A DNA stretch of 64,000 nt, from assembly GCF_009914755.1 (NCBI RefSeq), contig NC_060929.1, one strand, 5' to 3'. Under the pieces are notes generated by a model. It was not told the origin of the DNA and searched no databases. It saw only the letters and a program-made list of their open reading frames with translations. The stretch is from the human T2T-CHM13v2.0 reference genome, Homo sapiens. Below are positions 1-19,900 of the stretch, piece after piece; position 1 is the stretch's first letter, and each line of letters starts with the position of its first letter. Both the position numbers and the translations under genes were made by a program.

Positions 1-458
1 GTCAAGCTTTTTAAATTCTGAAAAGGGGACTCTTTCACTTAGAGTGCTGCAGTACAAGGAAAGCAATTGTTTGGAGAAAATAGGCTATGCATTCTGAAAA
101 AAAATATTTCTTTTTGGCAAGGGCTATGGATTCCTGTCAATCTAAAGGGATCTCTAAACTTAGGGAGAGGGTAGGAAGTAGCTCTGCCCTCTGAGAGGCT
201 CTATTTTATTCTGAAAGGCCGAATGTGACAAAAGCAGCTTTAATGATCAGACAGAGCTGAGGTATCCAAAGCTACATATAAAATAGAAGCTTAGGACACC
301 TGAAAAAACAGACAAGAATTAACACAATAGCAAACAAAATGGCAGACTCAATCACTGCACCTGGCCGAAATATTTCTATGAAGTCAGAGTTTAGCTGGGT
401 ACCAGAGCAATTTTCTCCCTAAAATTGGGTAATGAAAATTTGAACAGAAGAGGTGGTA

Positions 459-976
459 TGTGCTGATTAATTTTATGTGTTAACTTGACTGGGCTGAAGG
501 ATGCCCAGATAGCTGGTAAAACATTATTTCTGGATGTATCTGTGAAGATGTTTCCAGAAGAGGTTAGTATTTGAATTGGTAGGCTGAGTAAAGTAGATTA
601 CTCTCACCAATGTGGTGGTTAGAGAGTCCATCAACCAACCCAGTGAGGACTCGAATAGAAGAAAAAGGTGGAGGAAAGGCAAATTTGTTCTCTTTTCTTG
701 AGCTGGCACATCCATCTTCTCCCATCCTTGGATGACAGAATTTCTGGTTCTCTGATCTTCACACTTGGGCTAAATTACCCACTGGCTTTCCAAATTCTCC
801 AACTTGCAGATAGCAGGTTGCAGAGCTTCTCAGCCTCTGTAATCACATGAGCTAATTCCCATAATTAATCTCTGTCTCTGTCTCTCTCTTTTTCTTTCAC
901 TTAATAAATATGGAGATTTATTGAAGAACCAAGAGGATATACCACTGGTTCTGTTTCTCTGGTGAATCTTAATACA
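459..976 (+). mobile_element. MLT2-family (ERVL) solo LTR
   Basis: Begins TGTGCTGATTAATTTTATGTGTTAACTTGACTGGGC and ends GGTTCTGTTTCTCTGGTGAATCTTAATACA, matching recalled MLT2 termini (TG...CA). Confidence 0.8.
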
Positions 977-2949
977 TAAGGTTAAAATAGATTAACATTA
1001 GAAGCGAAAAGTGAAAATGCCTCAAAATATATTTTAAAACTTCTACTTCAAACTATAGAAAACACGATTTCTTGGTCATCAAATCATGGAAGAACATCTC
1101 ATTCTTGGAATATGTTGAGGTATATGAGAAATCTTCTCATTGCTTCTCAGAATTCTTAGCACCTGCAAAACCATTATTTTGTTTATATAATCTTACAGAA
1201 ATGTTACCCAACTACTAGATTCACGTGAAATAATTTTTTCTTTTGATAGAAAACCAGCGAGGTCAGTAATTTCTGTCGGGAGAAAGAGCAGGAGAAACAA
1301 TTCTCCTTACATGAATTCTTAGGTGTCCAGTTGAAAACATTCCAGAAGAGGGGGTGGACCATGGATGGTGGGAAGCACAAACTTCAGAGCCAGATCCCCA
1401 AAGTTTGGTGAAAAGGCCAGGAAAAGCACCAAATAAACACACAGCCATGCAGCCCTTAACAAGTCTACTTTGTAAAAGCAATTTTGTTAATCTCTTTCTT
1501 CAGGAAACACTTTTTCTTGTGGCGGTATTTACTTTGTTAAACGAAGAAAGTTCCCTGCCTTCTCTCTCTCCAGTTAGGGCTAAAACCTGGACACTGACAG
1601 AGCTAATGTATGTTTGATCTAATCAGTCAAGATCAAGTGGGGGAAAGCAATAAAAATAAATTTCAAAATGTTCTCTATCAAAAATTTTTCAAGAAAAATG
1701 TTCTAATTAAGAATCTCCCTCAAGTATGTTTCTGTACAATTGGACCAGTGAACTGGGACTGGAAGTGTCAAGAGGGTTGTAGAAATGAAAGTATTGCCTC
1801 ATTTTCTGATTTTTGTTCCCACCTACAGGAGCTCCCACAGTGTTCTACTCTTTCCATTTTAGGGAGAAGATGTAGAGCAGTACAACTTTTTTCCCTCTAT
1901 GACATGTCCCAGACCTTTCCGAACTCTTTAGTGCCTCTGATTATTAGTAAACAATTCAAGCTTACTGATGGAGACTGTAACTTTGATGTCATTTTTCTTC
2001 TCCTTGGTTTACAGCCAGGAATCATTGCATGTCTTCCAGGTATTGGCAGGAACACATACATTTCCCAAGCATATAGGTGGGATTAGTATAAAATAAACTT
2101 ATGAGGCCTTTCATATTTTATGTTGCCTCAGACCAGGTAAGTTTTGTCTTAATTTTCTGATTATCCTGAGATGTTTCTCCATTTACTCCATTGAATCTAC
2201 TTGACTCTGAGTTCTTTTTTTCTTTATTCTTCTCTATTCTTATTCTTTTTTTTTAAATTCTTGATGGTGATAATATCTCTTCGCTTCAAGTGATAATGTT
2301 CATTCCTTACCCTGTTAGATATTTTTAATATAATTCTTATAAACTTCTTAATTTTCTCAAAGGCCCATGCCTCTATGATAATGATCAGCACTTGTTTAAT
2401 TTGAAAATGTCAGGCATATGTAAGAGGTTCAATTGCCCAGGAGCTCATAACTCCTTACTCATTCATTAAAAACAAATCATCGGGATGCTCCTGCTCTAAT
2501 GTTTAGAGCCTTTCTTTTAACAAATGGCCTCTTAATTTTCATGGTAGAAAAGACTTTTTTTTCCTTCTGTGATACAGAACAGTTTTCAATTATTTAGTCG
2601 TCATGAGCTGAAGCAGGGTAGCCGTAGATATGCTAGACTATTTTTCTACAATAACCCCAGCATGTCCTTTATTTAGGAGAAATTTTGACTGATGGTGGAA
2701 AGAAATTTAAAGTACTCCTGCATTAAATGAAGTTATGATTCATACTAACAGTGAAAATGATTATTTGAATCTCAGAAGGCATACATTTCTAAAACAATGT
2801 TTGTTTTGATTATCTTCTAAGAGAATATCGAGATTTACAAAATTTATTCTTTCTTTCATTTCATTGTATCATCCTTTTCCTATGTGAACAATCTCACATG
2901 GCTTTTCCTTCTTTCAGAGTGGATTTGGTATTTTTTCTCTTTCATTTGT

Positions 2950-4940
2950 ATGCTTTCCATTTACTTTGTATTTAAAGACAATCTCAAACTTGTAAAAAGT
3001 TACAAGTACAGTAAAAGAACTTTCTTTTGAAATTTTTTGAGTGTAGTTGCTAACATGCTCATTCAACTTACCTGACTACTTCTATGTATTCCACTACAAA
3101 CAAGAATGTTTCCTACAAACATTCTTCTACATAACCATATTACCATCAAAGTCAGCAAATTAACAGTGATAGGTTACTACCATATAATCCTCAAATTCTT
3201 TCAAGTTTCCTCAATTTTCTCAATGATGTCCTTCATAGCAAAGGGATCCAGTTCAGCGTCATGTGTTTCATTTTGTTGTCATATCTGTTTGGTTTTCTTC
3301 AATGTGGAACAGTTCCCTAGTCTTTCTTGGCCTTTATGACCTTAACACTTTTGAAGATTACAGGCCAATTATTTTGTAGAATAGCTCTCAATTTGAGTTC
3401 ACCTAATGTTTTCTTATGAATAGATTTAGGTTTGCATCTTTGATAGGAATATCATAGCAATGGTGACAATTTTGATTCACCTCATTACTGGTGATGTTAA
3501 CTTTGGTCACTGATTGGTGTCTGCTAGACTTCTCCACTGTAAAGTTACTCTTTCTTCCCTTTGTAATTAATAAATATTTTGTAAGGTGGTACTTTGAGAC
3601 TATGCAAATATCCTGTTCCTCATCAGACTTTCAATTTGTCCATTCATTTATTTATTTCAGTGTGGACTCATGGGTTCCTATTTTATTCAGTAGGTTAAAA
3701 CCAGTTGCTTTCATTATTTAGTTTGATGCTCAGTGTGGGGGTTCAATAAGGCTGGTGGGAAAAATATTAAAGATAGTTATAGTAATAGCCACAAACTCTC
3801 TTGGAAGGCCTGAGAGTTTGTATAACATCAGTAATAGATCTGGCTGAAGGCGGCCTGGTCCCTTTACCTTTAGTTAAATAAGTTAAAGTAGTAACTAAGG
3901 AATGTGGGGAAGTTATCTAGCTAGCTTGTTTACTCATGTGGTCTTAAGACTAACCTTTGATGTACGGCAGGTGCTTAATTGCTTTCTACTTGGGAATTCC
4001 ACAGTGTCAATTACCCTCTAGTGGTGTTGACTCAAGCCTTTGTCAATTAATCTTCCCCAAATAAATGTGAGTCTCACTAGCTGGTCAGGGCCACAGTCAC
4101 AACTGTTTACAGTACTCTCCAGGGAGTCTGTAAGTGGCTTGGACACTCAGCTGGACTGGCAAAGCAGAATATCTGTGTGTCAGTGTACTTCATTCATCCA
4201 TGGCTGGCTCAGGGTCTGCGGGTCAGACCGCCCCAAGTGAGAACTCTTTCAAGAGTCTTTTTGATATGTTCTCATAAGTCTTTCAGTGCTTCTTTACTTC
4301 CTGGCAAAGATGTCCCAGGCTCATCTTATAGTTTCCCTGCCCTAGACTTGGGATCAGCCATTTCTCCAAGGAGACTTGGATCCTGTTTTGGAGTATGGTC
4401 TTCAGAAAAGATGTCAGAACCAGGTGTGCTCATTGTTACTGAGGGCTTGTTACTTCCTGTTTTCAATGGACAGAGCTAGTTAATATATATATATACTTAT
4501 ATACATACATAAGCACATTTTTACACCTATACTTCTATATCCCTATTGAAAACCATGGGTTCACTTTGATATCTCCAATTCCAATCTAACAGCACAGGGC
4601 TCATTCATGTTTTCTCTCCTTCTATATTTGAAACTTCCTTCTCCAATAGTGAGAAGTCTTGATATATTTTTGATCAAGCCTTCTGTATGTCACCAGTCTG
4701 TCATTGCTGCTGCATCCCACACTCCCTGTGCAATGCTTTCCCTACCTGCTTGGGCTTCAATATCCCACACCAGGCTTCTCCTCTCGTTGATGTTCTTCTT
4801 GCTCTACTTGAGCTCCATTACCCCTAACTAGTCCAGCATCCTCACCTTGCCTGGGCTTTAGCACTCTGATTTGGGTAACCACAGGATTCCCCCTATCCTT
4901 GCCATATTCATTTCTCTTGCCACTTAGTGGCCTTTGGATT
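2950..4940 (-). mobile_element. Old L1M 3'-end fragments interrupted by an LTR
   Basis: Degenerate T-rich L1-like sequence on both sides of the LTR at ~3734-4235; boundaries approximate. Confidence 0.5.
3734..4235 (+). mobile_element. LTR22-like solo LTR (HERV-K22/HML-5)
   Basis: TGTGGGGGTTCAATAAGGCTGGTGGGAAAAAT start, internal AATAAA, and GGGTCTGCGGGTCAGACCGCCCCA end resemble the recalled LTR22 consensus. Confidence 0.7.
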
Positions 4941-5357
4941 GATCTGAACAAGGAAAGGATAAAAGAGAAGTTATCATTTTATTTTCAAGTTAGTATTTGC
5001 TGAGTACTATTTATCAAGCTCTGTATTATCTCATTTTAGTGACATAATGAACTTGATTACATTTTACTAATTGAAGCAGTCAAGATGAAAGAAGTTGTCA
5101 CTTGCCAGACTCCACAGCCAGTAAGTGGCAGATCCAGGACTGGATGTTGTCTTGCTGACTATAAACCAATGTTCCACTTGGAAGCTGTGTATGTGTGATT
5201 CATAGAAAAAGTGGTTAATTTTCAAAGGCAATAATCATAGAATTGGTAGTGTATAAATTTTTTGGGGATATAATTGTCAGATGTCTCAATTACAAGCCCA
5301 AGATAGATGAGGCAGTATTAATTTGCTAATTACATATTTTGAAAAGATTGTACATAA

Positions 5358-5840
<483 letters not shown>

Positions 5841-6768
5841 TAAGCCTTTCCATAATTTAGAAAAAGACATATAAGAAGGAAGATTTCTTACGCTGTTTGC
5901 CTTTTGTTAAATAATGGTGACCCAGTTTCTAAAAGGAACCAGTTTCTAAAAGGAAAACCTGAGTAATTACTTAGAAGAGGCTGGCTTTCTAAACTTAGTT
6001 AACAGCTATTATTATTTAATTGTCAGTTTTACAGTAACTTGGTAAGTTTCCTGCTTAATCTAACTACTCTAAATTGTACTAAAAAACCTACCCTGTTCCC
6101 TGCATTGTATTTTTCATGTCTTTACAAGCTTGCACTGAGGCCTTACCTTCCTACATTATTGGCCAGCTTATGTAATGCCCATGCCAGGCAACCACCATTT
6201 GCTTTCTACAAGGTGTCTCATTTAAATTTCAGAACTACATTCTTATTCTGTAGTTCCATTGTTACTCCAATTTTATAGGTGAAAAAACTGAAACTCAGTG
6301 GGGTAAAGTAACTTGACCAAAATCACATTTCTAGGATAACAATGGCTTCTTCTGCAATACCTTCTGAAGGACCTACCTGAGGCTGTTTTACAGTTAACTT
6401 TTTTAAATAAGATAAATAGTTGGGACTTAATTAAACTAAAGGGCTTTTGCATGGCAAAAGGAACAGTCAGCAGGGTAAACAGACAACCCACAGAGTGGGA
6501 GAAAATCTTCACAATCTATACATCTGACAAAGGACTAATATCCGGAATCTACAACAAACTCAAACAAACCAGTAAGAAAAAAAAATCCCATCAAAAAGTG
6601 GGCAAAGGACATGAATAGACAATTCTCAAAAGAAGATATACAAATGGTCAATGAACATACATGAAAAAATGCTCAGCATCACTAATGATCAGGGAAATGC
6701 AAATCAAAACCACAATGTGATACCACCTTACTCCTGCAAGAATGGCCATAATCAAAATATTAAAAAAT

Positions 6769-7061
<293 letters not shown>

Positions 7062-7348
7062 TTAAAAAACAGTAGATGTTGGCATGGATGTGGTGATCAG
7101 GGAACACTTCCACACTGCTGGTGGGAATGTAAACTAGCACAGCCACTATGGAAAACACCGTGGAGATTCCTTAAAGAACTAAAAGTAGAACTACCATTTA
7201 ATCCAGCAATCACACTACTGGGTATCTATCCAGAGGAATTGAAGTCATTATATGAAAAAGATACTTGCACATGCATGTTTGTAACAGTACAATTTGCAAT
7301 TGTGAAATCATGGAACTAACCCAAATGCCCGTCAATGAGTGGAAAAAG

Positions 7349-7352
<4 letters not shown>

Positions 7353-7419
<67 letters not shown>
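7353..7419. repeat. Compound (TG)n(TA)n microsatellite
   Basis: Directly visible. Confidence 0.95.
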
Positions 7420-7424
<5 letters not shown>

Positions 7425-7593
7425 AATACTACTCAGCCATAAAAAGGAATGAATTAATGGCATTTGCAGTGACCTGGATGTGATTGGAGACTATTATTCT
7501 AAGTGATGTAACTCAGGAATGGAAAACCAAACATCATATGTTCTCACTGATATGTGAGAGCTAAGCTATGAAGACGCAAAGGCATAAGAATGA

Positions 7594-8071
<478 letters not shown>

Positions 8072-8089
8072 CAAAAAAATTTTTTAAAA

Positions 8090-10400
8090 AAAGATCAGTA
8101 AGATCTTATACAAAAATAGTGGACATGAAAACACTATAAATCAATTGAACATAAAAGATGTATACAGAACGCTCTACCCCAAAACAACATAATATACATT
8201 TTTATCAAAGCACATAGAACATTCCCCAGGACAGACCATATGTTAAGTCACAAAATAATTTTAATAAATTTTTAAAGGATTAAAATCATACAAAGTATTT
8301 TATCTGACCACAAGGAATGAAATTAGAAGTAAAAAATAGAAAGAAATTGGAAAATTTGCAAATACATAAAAATTAAACAGCACATTTTACAACAACCAAT
8401 ATGTTAAACAAGAAATCGCAAGATAAATTAGAAAATACTTAGAGATGAATGAAAATAAAAATACAAACTAATAAAACTTATAGGGTGCAGTTAATGCAGT
8501 ACTCAGAGGGAAATTATAGCTGTAAACCCATACATTAAAAAATGAAGATGGATCTCAAGTTAATAATATAACTTATAATGTAACTTAAAGAACTAAAAAA
8601 AGAACAAACTAAAGCAAACCTAACAGAAGGAAGGAAATAATTAAGATTAGATTAGTGATAAATAAAATAGAGAATAGAAAAGCAATTGAGGGAGTTAATG
8701 GAAACAAAAGTTGGCTCTTTGAAAAGATCAACAAAATTGACAAACTTTTAAAGCTGGACCAATTTTAAAAAGAGAGAAGACTCAAGTTACTAAAATAAGA
8801 AGTTAAATGAAGGCATTTTCCTGGACACACAAAAAGAAAATGGATTAAAAGAGAATACTATGGACAATTGTATACCAACACATTAGAAAACCTGGATGAA
8901 ATGGGCAAGAAACACACAAACCCTGAAATCTGACTCAAGAAGAAATGGAAAATCTGAACATATCTGTAAAAGTGGATATGTTTACACCTTCTAAACACTT
9001 TACTTCTTCTAAAAAGACAGAATCAGTAATCAGAAGCCTCCCGACAAAGAAAAGCCCAAGACCAGATGGTCTCATTGGTGATTTCTGCCTAACATTTGCA
9101 GAAGAATGAACACCAATCCCTTTCAAACTCTTCAAGAGATAGAAGGGGAGAAAACACTTTCTAACCGATTTTTTGAGGCCAACATTACCCTGATATGAAA
9201 GCCAGACAAAGACACCTCAAGACAAGAAAACCACAAACCAACATTCCCTATGAAAACATATGCAAAAATAGTCAATGTATACTAGTAAACCAAATCAAGT
9301 AACATACCAAAAAGGCTATACACTATGATTAAGTTGAATATATCACAGGAATACAAGGGTGGCTCACCTTATGGACATTATTCAATGTAATACACCACCG
9401 TAACAAGATGAAGGTGAAAATGAATGACCATCTTGATTTATGCAAAGTATTTGACAATCACAAGAATGACAAGAATACTCAACAAATTAGAAATAGAATG
9501 GAACTTACTTAACATGATGTAGAGACCTAATTAGAGAAAAGGAGTCAGGCTGGCAGGACCAAGGGAAAGCAAAAAGATAGAACAAATAAACTATAAATAT
9601 GGCTTTCTTCATAGTTATATAAACAAAAGAGGAATTAAATGAATTATAGGTCTGTTTTTCTTTATGGCCCAAGACATATAGCCCTCCTGAACAAATAAAA
9701 TACATAACTTACAAACTTCCTGCTTGCCATAAAATGCCTCAATTTATCAAACATCCTGGCTGACAGAAGAATGCAAGTTTCCAAGTTCCATCCTATAAAA
9801 TCTCCAGCAAGCCTTTGTTTCTTTGCAGTCAGCTCCTCTTCTGCTGGCTTGCACATTGCCTCCTCACAACATGTTTTCATACTTTCTTTAATAAATCTGC
9901 CTTTCTTTACCTACAATTGTCTTGGTAAATTCTTTTATCTCTACACCACCAACCCAGATAGTCATCACTCACCTACAACACATGATAAACGGCATTTAGG
10001 GAAAACACATAGCTACATCATACTCCATGAAGAATGAATAAAAGCTTTCCCCTAAGTATAGGAAAAATACACGATGCCTGCTTTTGTCCCTTCTATTCAG
10101 TACTGAAAGTTCTGGCTAGAACAATTATGCAAGAAAAAAACAAACGAATAAAACAGATCCAAATTATAAAGGAAGGAGTAAAACTATTTGCAGATCATAT
10201 GATCCTATAGATAGGAAATCTTAAAAGATATACACACACAAACTATTAGAGCTAATAAATTCAGGAAAGTATTGAGTATATAACTAGCACTTAAAACTTA
10301 GTTTTGTCAACATGCTGTTCGCTATGTTAAAAAAAAAGATTAGTTTTGTTTCTACTCATAGCAATGAATAATCCAAAACTAAATTAAGAAAATAATTTCA
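8090..10400 (+). mobile_element. Old L1M ORF2 fragments
   Basis: Degenerate ORF2 motifs ([16 protein letters not shown]-like); interrupted by an LTR at ~9531-9984. Confidence 0.75.
9531..9984 (+). mobile_element. MER61-like ERV1 solo LTR
   Basis: AGAGAAAAGGAGTCAGGCTGGCAGGACCAAGGGAAAGCAAAAAG resembles the recalled MER61 5' end; TATAAAA and AATAAA present. Confidence 0.6.
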
Positions 10401-10401
10401 G

Positions 10402-14175
<3,774 letters not shown>

Positions 14176-14178
14176 TGG

Positions 14179-16025
14179 TGTATTAGTCCGTTTTCATGTT
14201 GCTGATAAGGACATACCTGAGACTGGGAAGAAAAAGAGGTTTAATTGGATTTACAGTTCCACATGGCTAAGGAGCCCTCAGAATCATGGTGGGAGGTGAA
14301 AGACACTTCTTACATGGTGGCAGCAAGAGAAAAATGAGGAAGAAACAAAAGCAGAAACCCCTGATAAACCCATCAGATCTCATGAGACTTATCCATTATC
14401 ATGAGAATAGCATGGGAAAGACTGGCCCCCATGATTCAATTACCTCCCCCGGGTCTCTCCCACAACATGTGGGAATTCTGGGAGATACAATTCAAATTGA
14501 GATTTGGGTGGGGACACAGCCAAACCATATAATTCCACCCCTGGCCCCTCCAAATCTCACATCCTAACATTTCAAAACCAATCATACCTTCCCAACAGTC
14601 CCCTAAAGTCTTAACTCATTTCAGCATTAACCCAAAAGTCCACAGTCGGAAGACTCATCTGAGACATGGCAAGTCCCTTCCACCAATGAGCCTGTAAAAT
14701 CACAAGCAAGCTTTACTTCCTGGATACAATGGGGGTATTGGGTAAATACAGCCATTCCAAATGGGAGAAGTTGGCCAAAACAAAGGGGTTACGGGGCCCA
14801 TGAAGTCTGAAATCCAGAGAGGCAGTCAAATTGTAAAGCTCCAAAATGATCTCCTTTGACTCCAGGTCTCACATCCAGGTTACGCTGATGCAAGAGATGG
14901 GTTCCCATGGTCTTGGACAGCTCTGCCCCTGTGGCTTTGCAGGGTAGAGCCTTCCTTCAGGCTGCTTTCATGGGCTGGCATTGAGTGTCTGAGGCTTTTC
15001 CAGGTGCACGGTGCAAGCTGTCGGTTGATCTACCATTCTGGGTTCTGGAGAACAGTGGCCCTCTTCTTACACCTCCACTAGGCAGTGCCCCAGTAGAGAC
15101 TGTGTGTGGGGGCTCCAACCCCACATTTCCCTTCTGCACTGCCCTAGCAGAGGTTCTCCATGAGGGCCCTACCCCTGTAGCACACTTTTGCCTGTGCATC
15201 CAGGTGTTTCCATTCATCTTCTGAAATCTAGGTGGAGGTTCCCAAACCTCAATTCTTGACTTCTGTGCACCCACATGCTCAACACCATGTGGAAGCTGCC
15301 TAGGCTTGGGGCTTCCACCCTCTGAAGCCACAGCCCGAGCTGTATATTGGCCCCTTTAAGCCACAGCTAGAGCAGCTGGGACAAGTGGACCAAGTCCCTA
15401 GGCTGCACACAACCTGGAGACCCTGGGCCTGGCCCATGAAACCATTATTTCTTCCTGGGCCTCTGGGCCTGTGATGGGAGGGGCGCCATGAAGGTCTCTG
15501 ACATGGCCTGGAGACATTTTCCCCATGGTCTTGGGGATTAACATTAGACTCCCTGATACTTATGCAAATTTCTGCAGCCAGCTTGAATTTCTCCCCAGAA
15601 AAATGGGTTTTTCTTTTCTATCACTTAGTCAGGCTGCAAATTTTCCAAACATTAATGCTCTTCTTTCTTTATAAATCTGAATGTCTTTAACGGTACCCAA
15701 GTTACCGCTTGAAGGCTTTGCTGCTTAGAAATTTCTTCTACCAGTTACCCTAAATCATCCTTCTCAAGTTAAAGTTCCACAAATCTCTAGGGCAGAGGCA
15801 AAATGCTGCCAGTCTCTTTGCTAAAACATAACAAGAGTCACCTTTGCTCCAGTTCTCAAAAAGTTCCTCAGCTCCATATGAGACCACCTCAGCCTGGACC
15901 TCATAGTCCATATCATTATCAGCATTTTAGGCAAAGCCATTCAACAAGTCTCTAGGAAGTTTCAAACTTTCCCACATTCTCCTATCTTCTTTTGAGCCCT
16001 CCAAACTGTTCCAACCTCTGTCTGT
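14179..16025 (-). mobile_element. THE1 (MaLR) LTR (14179-14532) plus internal sequence; second LTR absent
   Basis: TGTATTAGTCCGTTTTCA...GGGGACACAGCCAAACCATAT LTR followed by ~1.5 kb of typical THE1 internal sequence. Confidence 0.9.
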
Positions 16026-16224
16026 AATCCCAGCACGGGCAAATTTCTTACTGTCTGTGAGACTCACTTAAAATTATAATAGGTGTACCCAACTAATAAA
16101 CGAAGTCATTTGATCTTATGAGTAAGCAATGATATGGGGAGAGCTCAACTTCTCTTTTGCTTCTTTTTCATAACCACTCTTTGTTGTCTATGCTGGACAT
16201 ATATTTAGCATGAAGAAGGATATC

Positions 16225-16936
16225 CAGTAGTCCTTTCTTATCCACAGGGAATATGTTGCAAAACCTCCAGTGGATGCTTCAAACTTTGGATAGTACTGAA
16301 CTCAATCGTTGTCAATTGGAACATTTTCTGTCGATGTCTTCCACCCGCAAATTTAATGCCTTTTCCATCTTAACTAAGCACTTATCACACACTGTGGATG
16401 TAACTTTTACAGTTTGAGATGTGAGCAAAACTAGCAAAATTTTTTTTCCTTCAGCGTTTAATGGATAGAAGATTCATTCTTACTGTAGATATTAGCAACC
16501 TAGTATATGACTTTTCCCCTTATTAAGTCAAGAATTTTCACCTTTTCACTTAAAGGAAGCACTTTACAACTTCTCTTTGGTGTATCTGAATTGCCAGCAT
16601 CACTCTTCTTGAACTTTGGGGCCATTATTAAGTAAAGTAAGAGTTACTTGAATATAAGCGTGTGGTATTATGATACATCTGATAATGAAGGCAGCTACTA
16701 AGTGACTAACAGGCAGGTACTGTCTATAGTGTGGATATCCTGAACAAAGGAATAATTTACGTCCTGAGTGGGATGAAGTGGTGCAAGATTTAATCACCCA
16801 ATTCAGAATGATGTGCAATTCAAAATTTATGAATTGTTTATTTCTGGAATTTTCCATTTATTATTTTCAGATTGCAGTTGGCTGTGGATAACCGAAACTG
16901 CAGAAAGTGAAGCTGTGGATAAGGGACGGACAACAG
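16225..16936. mobile_element. MER44/Tigger7-type DNA transposon
   Basis: Terminal inverted repeats CAGTAGTCCTTTCTTATCCACAG ... CTGTGGATAAGGGACGGACAACAG. Confidence 0.75.
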
Positions 16937-16939
16937 TGC

Positions 16940-19900
16940 ATCACATTAACAGAATGAAAAACAAAAACCATATAATCATCTTGGTACATGCAGAAAAAAC
17001 ATTTGATAAAATTCAACCTCCCTTTATGATTTAAAAAACCAACAAATTAAGTATACAAAGAATATAACTCAAGGAAATAAAGTCCATATATGAAAAACCT
17101 ACAGCTAACATCATATTCAATGTTGAAAAGCTGAAAGTTTTTTCTCAGTATCAGAAACAAGACAAAGATGCCCACTCTTAACTCTTCTATTCAACATATT
17201 CCTGCAAGTTCCTAGCCAGACCAATTAGGAAAAAAAAAGTCATGTAAATAACATTTGACCCAGCCATCCCCTTATTGGGTATATACCCAAAGGAATATAA
17301 ATCATGCTGCTGTAAAGACACCTGCACACATATGTTTATTGCGGCACTACTCACAATAGCAAAGACTTGGAACCAACCCAAATGTCCAACAATGATAGAC
17401 TGGATTAAGAAAATGTGGCACATATACACCATGGAATACTATGCAGCCATAAAAAATGATGAGTTCATGTCCTTTGTAGGGACATGGATGAAGCTGGAAA
17501 CCATCATTCTCAGCAAACTATCGCAAGGACAAAAAACCAAACACTGCATGTTCTCACTCATAGGTGGGAACTGAACAATGAGAACACTTGGACACAGGAA
17601 GGGGAACATCACACACTGGGGCCTGTTGTGGGGTGGGGGGAGGGGGGAGGGATAGCATTAGGAGATATACCCAATGTAAATGACAAGTTAATGGGTGCAG
17701 CACACCAACATGGCACATATGTACACATGTAACAAACCTGCATGTTGTGTACATGTACCCTAGAACTTAGAGTATAATTATATATATATATATATATATA
17801 AAGAAAAGTAAGAAGTGAAATTGTCTCTCTTTGCTGATGGCATGATCTTCTATATACAAAACCCTAAAGACTCCACCAAAAAACTGGTAGAATTAGTAAA
17901 CAAATTCAGTAAAGTTGTAGGATACAAAATCAACACAGAAAAATTAGGAGCATTTCTATATACTAACAGTGACCTATCTGAAAAGGAAATTTAAAAAAAT
18001 TCCATTTACAGTAGTATCAAAAGAATAAAAACAATTTTATTTAAAATTTAGAAGTAAATTTTTTAAAATTTAGGAATAAATTTAATAATTTAATAATAGA
18101 AGATAAAACTTAGAAATAAATCTAACTAAGAGGGTGAAATATCTGTACACTGGAAATTATGAAACATTGATGAAAGAAATTGAAAAGACACAAATAAATG
18201 GAAACATATACCAGTTCACGGGTTGGAAGAATTAATATTGTTAAAATGTCCATACTACCCAAAGTGATCTACAGATTCAATGCAATCTCTACAAAATTTC
18301 AATGTTATTTTTCACATTAGAGGTAGAAACAATCCAAAAATTTATATGAAACTACCAAAGACACTGCCTGAATAGCCAAAGCAATCTTGAACAGAAAGAA
18401 CAACATTTGAGGCATTATGCTACCTGACTTCAAAATATATTACAAAGCTATAGTAATTAAAACAGCATAGTATTGTCACACAGACAGACACACAAACCAA
18501 TGAGACAGAATAAATAATAGAATTAAACCCATGCATTTATGGTCACTTGATTTTTGACAAAGGTATCAAGAAAATACAATGGGGATAAGACACTCTTCAA
18601 TAAATGGTGTTGGAAAAACTGGATATCCACATGCAGAATAATGAAATTGGACATTTATCTCACACCCTGTATGCAAATCAACTGAAATTAGATTAAATAC
18701 TTAAATGTAAGACCCGAAACTGTAATAGTCCCAGAAGAAAACATAGGGGAAACGCTCCATGACTTTGTTCTGGGCAATGATTTTTTAGATATAACCCCTA
18801 AAGCACAGGCAACAGAAACAAAAATACACAAATGGGACTGTATCAAACTAAAAAGCTTCTGCACAGCATAGGAAGCAAGTAATAGAGTAAAGAGATAACC
18901 TACAGAATGGAAGAAAATATTTGCAACATACATCTGAAAAGGGGTTAATATCCAAAATATATAAAGTACTCAAAGTTCAATAATAAGAAAATAAGTAATC
19001 CAATTTTAAAAGGGCCCAAATAGATGTTTCTCAAAAGAAGACATATAATTGGGCAACAGGTATATGAAAAAATGTTCAACATCAATAATTATCAGCAAAA
19101 TGCAAAATAAAACCAAAATGAGACACCATCTCAAATCTGTTAGGATGGTTATTATAAAAAAGACAAGAGGTAACAAGTTTTGGTGAGGATGTGAACAAAA
19201 AACCCCTTGTATGCTGCTGGTGGGAATGTAAATTAGTACAGCCATTATGGAAGACACCATGGAGGTTCCTCAGAAAACTATATGATCCAGCAATCCCACT
19301 TCTGGGCATATCCAAAGGAACTGAAATCAGGATCAAAGAAACATCTGCACTCCCATGTTCATTTCAGCATTATTCACAATAGCCAAGCTATGGAAGCAAC
19401 CCAAGTGTCCATCAGTAGATGAATGTATAAAGAAACCATGGTATGCATACCCAATGGAATACTATTTGGCCAGAAGAAAGAATGAAATCAAGTCATCTGC
19501 AGCAACATGGATGGAACTGAAGGTTATCATGTTAAGTGAAATAAGCCAGACTCAGAAAGACAACTATTGCATGACCTCACCTATATATGGAATATAAAAA
19601 AATAAAACTCATGAAAGTAAAGAGTAGAATAGAAGTCACCAGAGGATGAGGGGAAATACGGAGTCGTTCATCAAAAGGTACAAAATTTCTGTTAGACAGG
19701 AAGAACAAGTTTTGAAGATCTATTGCACAGCACAATGACCATAGTTAATAATGTAATGTATATTTCAAAATTGCTAAGAGAGATTTTATGAGCTCATACC
19801 ACAAATGTTAAATATGTGATGAATATGTTAATTTTAGCTTGATTTAATTATTCCATAATGTATACACATATCAAAACATCACTTTGTATGTCATAAATAT

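Noticed and set aside
1610-2086. 158-aa ORF
   Set aside because: No recognisable homology, motifs or exon structure.
5922-5955. 17-bp tandem duplication CCAGTTTCTAAAAGGAA
   Set aside because: Ordinary slippage duplication with no functional context.
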